Assembly (NCBI GenBank): GCA_964057225.1
Contig: OZ059900.1
Coordinates: 744,001-808,000 of the forward strand
DNA length: 64,000 nucleotides
From: Auanema rhodensis
Lineage: Eukaryota > Animalia > Nematoda
Reading direction: 5' to 3'
In this document: positions 1 to 12,139 of the stretch, piece after piece
Position numbering within the stretch: position 1 is the stretch's first letter
How the letters are laid out: each line of letters starts with the position of its first letter
Position numbers and translations under genes: made by a program
The notes under the pieces: model-generated
Told to the model about the DNA's origin: nothing
The model's database searches: none
What the model saw: only the letters and a program-made list of their open reading frames with translations

Positions 1-348
1 TAAGTATGGTCGTTTTTATGCCTTTAACACCATATACTCACCGATTTTTGGTACAAAATCTGTGATACTCGTAAATTTTGATCATATTCGGTGAGATTCG
101 AGAATCAAACACACAATACACGAAATAAGTTTATTTTGACGAGTTTGCACTGATATTTATTCATTTTGATCAAAAAAGGTCGAAAATAGAAAGAATTTTT
201 GAATTTTCCGAGTTTTGAGTCCAATTGGGCTAAATCGCTCATATATATGATCAAAAGCATAGTTTTACTGTCTATGATAACAAAAGTCTTCAAATATACA
301 CTAATAATGATTAAATCACTGAATTTCACTCAAATAGCATTACTACAC
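1..348 (+). repeat. Reference monomer with 348-bp 'A-type' tail (GTCTTCAAATATACACTA(A/G)TAAT..AAATCACTGAATTTCACTC)
   Basis: Next copy starts at 349; 104/348 G+C by hand count; three TGATCA sites at 79, 167 and 248. Confidence 0.95.
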
Positions 349-1043
349 TAAGTATGGTCGTTTTTATGCCTTTAACACCATATACTCACCGATTTTTGGT
401 ACAAAATCTGTAATACTCGTAAATTTCGATCATATTCGTTAAGATTTGAGAATCAAACACACAATACACGAAATAAGTTTATTTTTACGAGTTTGCACTG
501 ATATTTATTCATTTTGATCAAAAAAGGTCGAAAATAGAAAGAATTTTTGAATTTTCCGAGTTTTGAGTCCAATTGGGCTAAATCGCTCATATATATGATC
601 AAAAGCATAGTTTCACTGTCTATGATAACAAAAGTCTTCAAATATACACTAGTAATGATTAAATCACTGAATTTCACTCAAATAGCATTACTACACTAAG
701 TATGGTCGTTTTTATGCCTTTAACACCATATACTCACCGAGTTTTGGTACAAAATCTGTAATACTTGTAAATTTTTATCATATTCGTTAAGATTTGAGAA
801 TCAAACACATAATACACGAAATAAGTCTTTTTTTACAAGTTTGCACTGATATTTATTCATTTTGATCAAAAAAGGTCGAAAATAGAAAGAATTTTTGAAA
901 TTTCCGAGTTTTGAGTCCAATTTGGCTAAATCGCTCATATATATGATCAAAAGCATAGTTCTGTTGTCTATAACAACAAAAGTCTTTAATTAAACTCTAG
1001 TGATGTTTTAATACTGAATTTCGCTCAAATAGCATTACTACAC

Positions 1044-1390
1044 TAAGTATGGTCGTTTTTATGCCTTTAACACCATATACTCACCGATTTTTGGTACAAA
1101 ATCTGTAACACTTGTAAATTTTGATCATATTCGTTAAGATTCGAAAATCAAACACACAATACACGAAATAAGTTTATTTTTACAAGTTTGCACTGATATT
1201 TATTCATTTTGATCAAAAAAGGTCGAAAATAGAAAGAATTTTTGAAATTTCCGAGTTTTGAGTCTAATTTGGCTAAATCGCTCATATATATGATCAAAAG
1301 CATAGTTTTATTGTCTATAACAACGAAAGTCATCAATTAAACGCTAGTGATGTTTAAATACTGAATTTCGCTCAAATAGCATTACTACAC
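1044..1390 (+). repeat. Reference monomer with 347-bp 'B-type' tail (GTCATCAATTAAACGCTAGTGATGTTTAAATACTGA(A/T)TTTCGCTC)
   Basis: One base shorter (AAATACTG vs AAATCACTG), with linked substitutions across monomer positions ~285-330. Confidence 0.93.
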
Positions 1391-4300
1391 TAAGTATGGT
1401 CGTTTTTATGCCTTTAACACCATATACTCACCGATTTTTGGTACAAAATCTGTAATACTCGTAAATTTTGATCATATTCGTTAAGATTTGAAAATCAAAC
1501 ACACAATAAACAAAATCAGTCTATTTTTATGAGTTTGCACTGATATATATTCATTTTGATCAAAAAAGGTCGAAAATAGAAAGAATTTTTGAATTTTCCG
1601 AGTTTTGAGTCCAATTGGGCTAAATCGCTCATATATATAATCAAAAGCATAGTTTTACTGTCTATGATAACAAAAGTCATCAATTAAACGCTAGTGATGT
1701 TTAAATACTGATTTTCGCTCAAATAGCATTACTACACTAAGTATGGTCGTTTTTATGCCTTTAACACCATATACTCACCGATTTTTGGTACAAAATCTGT
1801 GATACTCGTAAATTTTGATCATATTCGGTGAGATTCGAGAATCGAACACACAATACACGAAATAAGTCTATTTTTACGAGTTTGCACTGATATTTATTCA
1901 TTTTGATCAAAAAAGGTCGAAAATAGAAAGAATTTTTGAAATTTCCGAGTTTTGAGTCTAATTTGGCTAAATCGCTCATATATATGATCAAAAGCATAGT
2001 TTTACTGTCTATGATAACAAAAGTCTTCAAATATACACTAATAATGATTAAATCACTGAATTTCACTCAAATAGCATTACTACACTAAGTATGGTCGTTT
2101 TTATGCCTTTAACACCATATACTCACCGATTTTTGGTACAAAATCTGTGATACTCGTAAATTTTGATCATATTCGGTGAGATTCGAGAATCGAACACACA
2201 ATACACGAAATAAGTCTATTTTTACGAGTTTGCACTGATATTTATTCATTTTGATCAAAAAAGGTCGAAAATAGAAAGAATTTTTGAAATTTCCGAGTTT
2301 TGAGTCTAATTTGGCTAAATCGCTCATATATATGATCAAAAGCATAGTTTTACTGTCTATGATAACAAAAGTCTTCAAATATACACTAATAATGTGTAAA
2401 TCACTGAATTTCACTCAAATAGCTTTACTACACTAAGTATGGTCGTTTTTATGCCTTTAACACCATATACTCACCGATTTTTGGTACAAAATCTGTAATA
2501 CTCGTAAATTTTGATCATATTCGTTAAGATTCGAGAATCAAACACACAATACACGAAATAAGTTTATTTTCACGAGTTTGCACTGATATTTATTCATTTT
2601 GATCAAAAAAGGTCGAAAATAGAAAGAATTTTTGAATTTTGCGAGTTTTGAGTCCAATTGGGCTAAATCGCTCATATATATGATCAAAAGCATAGTTTCA
2701 CTGTCTATGATAACAAAAGTCTTCAAATATACACTAGTAATGATTAAATCACTGAATTTCACTCAAATAGCTTTACTACACTAAGTATGGCCGTTTTTAT
2801 GCCTTTAACACCATATACTCACCGATTTTTGGTACAAAATCTGTAATACTCGTAAATTTTGATCATATCCGTTAAGATTCGAGAATCAAACACACAATAC
2901 ACGAAATAAGTTTATTTTTACGAGTTTGCACTGATATTTATTCATTTTGATCGAAAAAGGTCGAAAATAGAAAGAATTTTTGAATTTTCCGAGTTTTGAG
3001 TCCAATTGGGCTAAATCGCTCATATATATGATCAAAAGCATAGTTTCACTGTCTATGATAACAAAAGTCTTCAAATATACACTAGTAATGATTAAATCAC
3101 TGAATTTCACTCAAATAGCATTACTACACTAAGTATGGTCGTTTTTATGCCTTTAACACCATATACTCACCGAGTTTTGGTACAAAATCTGTAATACTTG
3201 TAAATTTTGATCATATTCGTTAAGATTTGAGAATCAAACACATAATACACGAAATAAGTCTTTTTTTACAAGTTTGCACTGATATTTATTCATTTTGATC
3301 AAAAAAGGTCGAAAATAGAAAGAATTTTTGAAATTTCCGAGTTTTGAGTCCAATTTGGCTAAATCGCTCATATATACGATCAAAAGCATAGTTCTATTGT
3401 CTATAACAACAAAAGTCTTTAATTAAACGCTAGTGATGTTTTAATACTGAATTTCGCTCAAATAGCATTACTACACTAAGTATGGTCGTTTTTATGCCTT
3501 TAACACCATATACTCACCGATTTTTGGTACAAAATCTGTAATACTTGTAAATTTTGATCATATTCGTTAAGATTCGAAAATCAAACACACAATACACGAA
3601 ATAAGTTTATTTTTACAAGTTTGCACTGATATTTATTCATTTTGATCAAAAAAGGTCGAAAATAGAAAGAATTTTTGAAATTTCCGAGTTTTGAGTCTAA
3701 TTTGGCTAAATCGCTCATATATATGATCAAAAGCATAGTTTTATTGTCTATAACAACAAAAGTCATCAATTAAACGCTAGTGATGTTTAAATACTGAATT
3801 TCGCTCAAATAGCATTACTACACTAAGTATGGTCGTTTTTATGCCTTTAACACCATATACTCACCGATTTTTGGTACAAAATCTGTAATACTCGTAAATT
3901 TTGATCATATTCGTTAAGATTTGAGAATCAAACATACAATACACAAAGTCAGTCTATTTTTATGAGCTTGCACTGATATATATTCATTTTGATCAAAAAA
4001 GGTCGAAAATAGAAAGAATTTTTGAAATTTCCGAGTTTTGAGTCTAATTTGGCTAAATCGCTCATATATAAGATCAGAAGCATAGTTTTATTGTCTATGA
4101 CAACAAAAATCATCAATTAAACGCTAGTGATATTTAAATACTGATTTTCGCTCAAATAGCATTACTACACTAAGTATGGTCGTTTTTATGCCTTTAACAC
4201 CATATACTCACCGATTTTTGGTACAAAATCTGTAATACTCGTAAATTTTGATCATATTCGTTAAGATTTGAAAATCAAACACACAATAAACAAAATCAGT

Positions 4301-4620
4301 CTATTTTTATGAGTTTGCACTGATATATATTCATTTTGATCAAAAAAGGTCGAAAATAGAAAGAATTTTTGAATTTTCCGAGTTTTGAGTCCAATTGGGC
4401 TAAATCGCTCATATATATAATCAAAAGCATAGTTTTACTGTCTATGATAACAAAAGTCATCAATTAAACGCTAGTGATGTTTAAATACTGATTTTCGCTC
4501 AAATAGCATTACTACACTAAGTATGGTCGTTTTTATGCCTTTAACACCATATACTCACCGATTTTTGGTACAAAATCTGTGATACTCGTAAATTTTGATC
4601 ATATTCGTTAAGATTCGAAA

Positions 4621-7041
4621 ATCAAACACACAATACACGAAATAAGTTTATTTTTACGAGTTTGCACTGATATTTATTCATTTTGATCAAAAAAGGTCGA
4701 AAATAGAAAGAATTTTTGAATTTTCCGAGTTTTGAGTCCAATTGGGCTAAATCGCTCATATATATGATCAAAAGCATAGTTTTACTGTCTATGATAACAA
4801 AAGTCTTCAAATATACACTAATAATGATTAAATCACTGAATTTCACTCAAATAGCATTACTACACTAAGTATGGTCGTTTTTATGCCTTTAACACCATAT
4901 ACTCACCGATTTTTGGTACAAAATCTGTGATACTCGTAAATTTTGATCATATTCGGTGAGATTCGAGAATCGAACACACAATACACGAAATAAGTCTATT
5001 TTTACGAGTTTGCACTGATATTTATTCATTTTGATCAAAAAAGGTCGAAAATAGAAAGAATTTTTGAAATTTCCGAGTTTTGAGTCTAATTTGGCTAAAT
5101 CGCTCATATATATGATCAAAAGCATAGTTTTACTGTCTATGATAACAAAAGTCTTCAAATATACACTAATAATGTGTAAATCACTGAATTTCACTCAAAT
5201 AGCTTTACTACACTAAGTATGGTCGTTTTTATGCCTTTAACACCATATACTCACCGATTTTTGGTACAAAATCTGTAATACTCGTAAATTTTGATCATAT
5301 TCGTTAAGATTCGAGAATCAAACACACAATACACGAAATAAGTTTATTTTCACGAGTTTGCACTGATATTTATTCATTTTGATCAAAAAAGGTCGAAAAT
5401 AGAAAGAATTTTTGAATTTTCCGAGTTTTGAGTCCAATTGGGCTAAATCGCTCATATATATGATCAAAAGCATAGTTTCACTGTCTATGATAACAAAAGT
5501 CTTCGAATATACACTAGTAATGATTAAATCACTGAATTTCACTCAAAATAGCTTTACTACACTAAGTATGGCCGTTTTTATGCCTTTAACACCATATACT
5601 CACCGATTTTTGGTACAAAATCTGTAATACTCGTAAATTTTGATCATATTCGTTAAGATTTGAAAATCAAACACACAATAAACAAAATCAGTCTATTTTT
5701 ATGAGTTTGCACTGATATATATTCATTTTGATCAAAAAAGGTCGAAAATAGAAAGAATTTTTGAATTTTCCGAGTTTTGAGTCCAATTGGGCTAAATCGC
5801 TCATATATATAATCAAAAGCATAGTTTTACTGTCTATGATAACAAAAGTCATCAATTAAACGGTAGTGATGTTTAAATACTTATTTTCGCTCAAATAGCA
5901 TTACTACACTAAGTATGGTCGTTTTTATGCCTTTAACACCATATACTCACCGATTTTTGGTACAAAATCTGTGATACTCGTAAATTTTGATCATATTCGG
6001 TGAGATTCGAGAATCAAACACACAATACACGAAATAAGTTTATTTTTACGAGTTTGCACTGATATTTATTCATTTTGATCAAAAAAGGTCGAAAATAGAA
6101 AGAATTTTTGAATTTTCCGAGTTTTGAGTCCAATTGGGCTAAATCGCTCATATATATGATCAAAAGCATAGTTTTACTGTCTATGATAACAAAAGTCTTC
6201 AAATATACACTAATAATGATTAAATCACTGAATTTCACTCAAATAGCATTACTACACTAAGTATGGTCGTTTTTATGCCTTTAACACCATATACTCACCG
6301 ATTTTTGGTACAAAATCTGTGATACTCGTAAATTTTGATCATATTCGGTGAGATTCGAGAATCGAACACACAATACACGAAATAAGTCTATTTTTACGAG
6401 TTTGCACTGATATTTATTCATTTTGATCAAAAAAGGTCGAAAATAGAAAGAATTTTTGAAATTTCCGAGTTTTGAGTCTAATTTGGCTAAATCGCTCATA
6501 TATATGATCAAAAGCATAGTTTTACTGTCTATGATAACAAAAGTCTTCAAATATACACTAATAATGTGTAAATCACTGAATTTCACTCAAATAGCTTTAC
6601 TACACTAAGTATGGTCGTTTTTATGCCTTTAACACCATATACTCACCGATTTTTGGTACAAAATCTGTAATACTCGTAAATTTTGATCATATTCGTTAAG
6701 ATTCGAGAATCAAACACACAATACACGAAATAAGTTTATTTTCACGAGTTTGCACTGATATTTATTCATTTTGATCAAAAAAGGTCGAAAATAGAAAGAA
6801 TTTTTGAATTTTCCGAGTTTTGAGTCCAATTGGGCTAAATCGCTCATATATATGATCAAAAGCATAGTTTCACTGTCTATGATAACAAAAGTCTTCGAAT
6901 ATACACTAGTAATGATTAAATCACTGAATTTCACTCAAAATAGCTTTACTACACTAAGTATGGCCGTTTTTATGCCTTTAACACCATATACTCACCGATT
7001 TTTGGTACAAAATCTGTAATACTCGTAAATTTTGATCATAT
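4621..7041 (+). repeat. Local 4-monomer (1392-bp) tandem duplication
   Basis: ORF offsets 4889->6281 and 5318->6710 are both 1392. Shared private variants GTCTTCGAAT and the +1 insertion CTCAAAATAGC (~5542, ~6934) occur only here. Confidence 0.9.
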
Positions 7042-10000
7042 CCGTTAAGATTCGAGAATCAAACACACAATACACGAAATAAGTTTATTTTTACGAGTTT
7101 GCACTGATATTTATTCATTTTGATCAAAAAAGGTCGAAAATAGAAAGAATTTTTGAATTTTCCGAGTTTTGAGTCCAATTGGGCTAAATCGCTCATATAT
7201 ATGATCAAAAGCATAGTTTCACTGTCTATGATAACAAAAGTTTTCAAATATACACTAGTAATGATTAAATCACTGAATTTCACTCAAATAGCATTACTAC
7301 ACTAAGTATGGTCGTTTTTATGCCTTTAACACCATATACTCACCGAGTTTTGGTACAAAATCTGTAATACTTGTAGATTTTGATCATATTCGTTAAGATT
7401 TGAGAATCAAACACATAATACACGAAATAAGTCTTTTTTTACAAGTTTGCACTGATATTTATTCATTTTGATCAAAAAAAAGGTCGAAAATAGAAAGAAT
7501 TTTTGAAATTTCCGAGTTTTGAGTCCAATTTGTCTAAATCGCTCATATATATGATCAAAAGCATAGTTCTATTGTCTATAACAACAAAAGTCTTTAATTA
7601 AACGCTAGTGATGTTTTAATACTGAATTTCGCTCAAATAGCATTACTACACTAAGTATGGTCGTTTTTATGCCTTTAACACCATATACTCACCGATTTTT
7701 GGTACAAAATCTGTAATACTTGTAAATTTTGATCATATTCGTTAAGATTCGAAAATCAAACACACAATACACGAAATAAGTTTATTTTTACAAGTTTGCA
7801 CTGATATTTATTCATTTTGATCAAAAAAGGTCGAAAATAGAAAGAATTTTTGAAATTTCCGAGTTTTGAGTCTAATTTGGCTAAATCGCTCATATATATG
7901 ATCAAAAGCATAGTTTTATTGTCCATAACAACAAAAGTCATCAATTAAACGCTAGTGATGTTTAAATACTGAATTTCGCTCAAATAGCATTACTACACTA
8001 AGTATGGTCGTTTTTATGCCTTTAACACCATATACTCACCGATTTTTGGTACAAAATCTGTAATACTCGTAAATTTTGATCATATTCGTTAAGATTTGAG
8101 AATCAAACATACAATACACAAAGTCAGTCTATTTTTATGAGCTTGCACTGATATATATTCATTTTGATCAAAAAAGGTCGAAAATAGAAAGAATTTTTGA
8201 ATTTTCCGAGTTTTGAGTCCAATTGGGCTAAATCGCTTATATATATAATCAAAAGCATAGTTTTACTGTCTATGATAACAAAAGTCATCAATTAAACGCT
8301 AGTGATGTTTAAATACTGATTTTCGCTCAAATAGCATTACTACACTAAGTATGGTCGTTTTTATGCCTTTAACACCATATACTCACCGATTTTTGGTACA
8401 AAATCTGTGATACTCGTAAATTTTGATCATATTCGGTGAGATTCGAGAATCAAACACACAATACACGAAATAAGTTTATTTTTACGAGTTTGCACTGATA
8501 TTTATTCATTTTGATCAAAAAAGGTCGAAAATAGAAAGAATTTTTGAAATTTCCGAGTTTTGAGTCTAATTTGGCTAAATCGCTCATATATATGATCAAA
8601 AGCATAGTTTTATTGTCTATGACAACAAAAGTCATCAATTAAACGCTAGTGATGTTTAAATACTGAATTTCGCTCAAGTAGCATTACTACACTAAGTATG
8701 GTCGTTTTTATGCCTTTAACACCATATACTCACCGATTTTTGGTACAAAATCTGTGATACTCGTAAATTTTGATCATATTCGGTGAGATTCGAGAATCAA
8801 ACACACAATACACGAAATAAGTTTATTTTGACGAGTTTGCACTGATATTTATTCATTTTGATCAAAAAAGGTCGAAAATAGAAAGAATTTTTGAAATTTC
8901 CGAGTTTTGAGTCTAATTTGGCTAAATCGCTCATATATATGATCAAAAGCATAGTTTTACTGTCTATGATAACAAAAGTCTTCAAATATACACTAATAAT
9001 GTGTAAATCACTGAATTTCACTCAAATAGCTTTACTACACTAAGTATGGTCGTTTTTATGCCTTTAACACCATATACTCACCGATTTTTGGTACAAAATC
9101 TGTAATACTCGTAAATTTTGATCATATTCGTTAAGATTTGAAAATCAAACACAAAATAAACAAAATCAGTCTATTTTTATGAGTTTGCACTGATATATAT
9201 TCATTTTGATCAAAAAAGGTCGAAAATAGAAGAATTTTTGAATTTTCCGAGTTTTGAGTCCAATTGGGCTAAATCGCTCATATATATGATCAAAAGCATA
9301 GTTTTACTGTCTATGATAACAAAAGTCTTCAAATATACACTAATAATGTGTAAATCACTGAATTTCACTCAAATGCATTACTACACTAAGTATGGTCATT
9401 TTTATGCCTTTAACACCATATACTCACCGATTTTTGGTACAAAATCTGTAATACTTGTAAATTTCGATCATATTCGTTAAGATTCGAGAAACAAACACAT
9501 AATACACGAAATAAGTCTATTTTTATGAGTTTGCACTGATATTTATTCATTTTGATCAAAAAAGGTCGAAAATAGAAAGAATTTTTGAAATTTCCGAGTT
9601 TTGAGTCGAATTGGGCTAAATCGCTCATATATATGATCAAAAGCATAGTTTTACTGTCTATGATAACAAAAGTCTTCAAATATACACTAATAATGATTAA
9701 ATCACTGAATTTCACTCAAATAGCATTACTACACTAAGTATGGTCGTTTTTATGCCTTTAACACCATATACTCACCGATTTTTGGTACAAAATCTGTAAT
9801 ACTTGTAAATTTTGATCATATTTGTTAAGATTCGAGAATCAAACACATAAAACACAAAATAAGTCTATTTTTACTAGTTTGCACTGATATTTATTCATTT
9901 TGATCAAAAAAGGTCGAAAATAGAAAGAATTTTTGAAATTTCCGAGTTTTGAGTCCAATTTGGCTAAATCGCTCATATATAAGATCAGAAGCATAGTTTT

Positions 10001-10428
10001 ATTGTCTATGACAACAAAAATCATCAATTAAACGCTAGTGATATTTAAATACTGATTTTCGCTCAAATAGCATTACTACACTAAGTATGGTCGTTTTTAT
10101 GCCTTTAACACCATATACTCACCGATTTTTGGTACAAAATCTGTAATACTCGTAAATTTTGATCATATTCGTTAAGATTTGAAAATCAAACACACAATAA
10201 ACAAAATCAGTCTATTTTTATGAGTTTGCACTGATATATATTCATTTTGATCAAAAAAGGTCGAAAATAGAAAGAATTTTTGAATTTTCCGAGTTTTGAG
10301 TCCAATTGGGCTAAATCGCTTATATATATAATCAAAAGCATAGTTTTACTGTCTATGATAACAAAAGTCATCAATTAAACGCTAGTGATGTTTAAATACT
10401 GATTTTCGCTCAAATAGCATTACTACAC

Positions 10429-12139
10429 TAAGTATGGTCGTTTTTATGCCTTTAACACCATATACTCACCGATTTTTGGTACAAAATCTGTGATACTCGT
10501 AAATTTTGATCATATTCGGTGAGATTCGAGAATCAAACACACAATACACGAAATAAGTTTATTTTTACGAGTTTGCACTGATATTTATTCATTTTGATCA
10601 AAAAAGGTCGAAAATAGAAAGAATTTTTGAAATTTCCGAGTTTTGAGTCTAATTTGGCTAAATCGCTCATATATATGATCAAAAGCATAGTTTTATTGTC
10701 TATGATAACAAAAGTCTTCAAATATACACTAATAATGTTTAAATCACTGAATTTCACTCAAATAGCATTACTACACTAAGTATGGTCGTTTTTATGCCTC
10801 TAACACCATATACTCACCGATTTTTGGTACAAAATCTGTAATACTTGTAAATTTTGATCATACTCGTTAAGATTCGAGAATCAAACACATAATACACGAA
10901 ATAAGTCTATTTTTTTGAGTTTGCACTGCTATTTATTCATTTTGATCAAAAAAGGTCGAAAATAGAAAGAATTTTTGAAATTTCCGAGTTTTGAGTCCAA
11001 TTGGGCTAAATCGCTCATATATATGATCAAAAACATAGTTTTATTGTCTATAACAACAAAAGTCATCAATTAAACGCTAGTGATGTTTAAATACTGAATT
11101 TCGCTCAAATAGCATTACTACACTAAGTATGGTCGTTTTTATGCCTTTAACACCATATACTCACCGATTTTTGGTACAAAATCTGTAATACTCGTAAATT
11201 TTGATCATATTCGTTATGATTCGAAAATCAAACACACAATAAACAAAATCAGTCTATTTTTATGAGTTTGCACCGATATATATTCATTTTGATCAAAAAA
11301 GGTCGAAAATAGAAAGAATTTTTGAATTTTCCGAGTTTTGAGTCCAATTGGGCTAAATCGCTCATATATATGATCAAAAACATAGTTTTATTGTCTATAA
11401 CAACAAAAGTCATCAATTAAACGCTAGTGATGTTTAAATACTGATTTTCGCTCAAATAGCATTACTACACTAAGTATGGTCGTTTTTATGCCTTTAACAC
11501 CATATACTCACCGATTTTTGGTACAAAATCTGTGATACTCGTAAATTTTGATCATATTCGGTGAGATTCGAGAATCAAACACACAATACACGAAATAAGT
11601 TTATTTTTACGAGTTTGCACTGATATTTATTCATTTTGATCAAAAAAGGTCGAAAATAGAAAGAATTTTTGAAATTTCCGAGTTTTGAGTCTAATTTGGC
11701 TAAATCGCTCATATATATGATCAAAAGCATAGTTTTATTGTCTATGATAACAAAAGTCTTCAAATATACACTAATAATGTTTAAATCACTGAATTTCACT
11801 CAAATAGCATTACTACACTAAGTATGGTCGTTTTTATGCCTCTAACACCATATACTCACCGATTTTTGGTACAAAATCTGTAATACTTGTAAATTTTGAT
11901 CATACTCGTTAAGATTCGAGAATCAAACACATAATACACGAAATAAGTCTATTTTTTTGAGTTTGCACTGCTATTTATTCATTTTGATCAAAAAAGGTCG
12001 AAAATAGAAAGAATTTTTGAAATTTCCGAGTTTTGAGTCCAATTGGGCTAAATCGCTCATATATATGATCAAAAACATAGTTTTATTGTCTATAACAACA
12101 AAAGTCATCAATTAAACGCTAGTGATGTTTAAATACTGA
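10429..12139 (+). repeat. Local 3-monomer (1042-bp) tandem duplication
   Basis: ORF offset 10533->11575. Shared rare variants GCCTCTAAC, CATACTCGTT and TTTTTTGAGTTTGCACTGCT. Confidence 0.88.

Noticed and set aside
1-348. Assignment to a known ~350-360-bp satellite (Drosophila 1.688/359-bp, Tribolium TCAST1, maize TR-1), or a CENP-B box
   Set aside because: Only length and AT content are similar; I recognise no diagnostic sequence and see no TTCG....A..CGGG motif. Needs a database search.
1-348. Promoter, terminator, poly(A) signal or phased A-tract curvature calls
   Set aside because: Such motifs are expected by chance at 70% AT. The ~10-bp A/T-tract spacing is only partial by eye and needs a periodicity calculation.
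7474-7481. A8 instead of A6 in GATCAAAAAAGG
   Set aside because: Singleton homopolymer expansion; cannot be told apart from a sequencing or consensus error.
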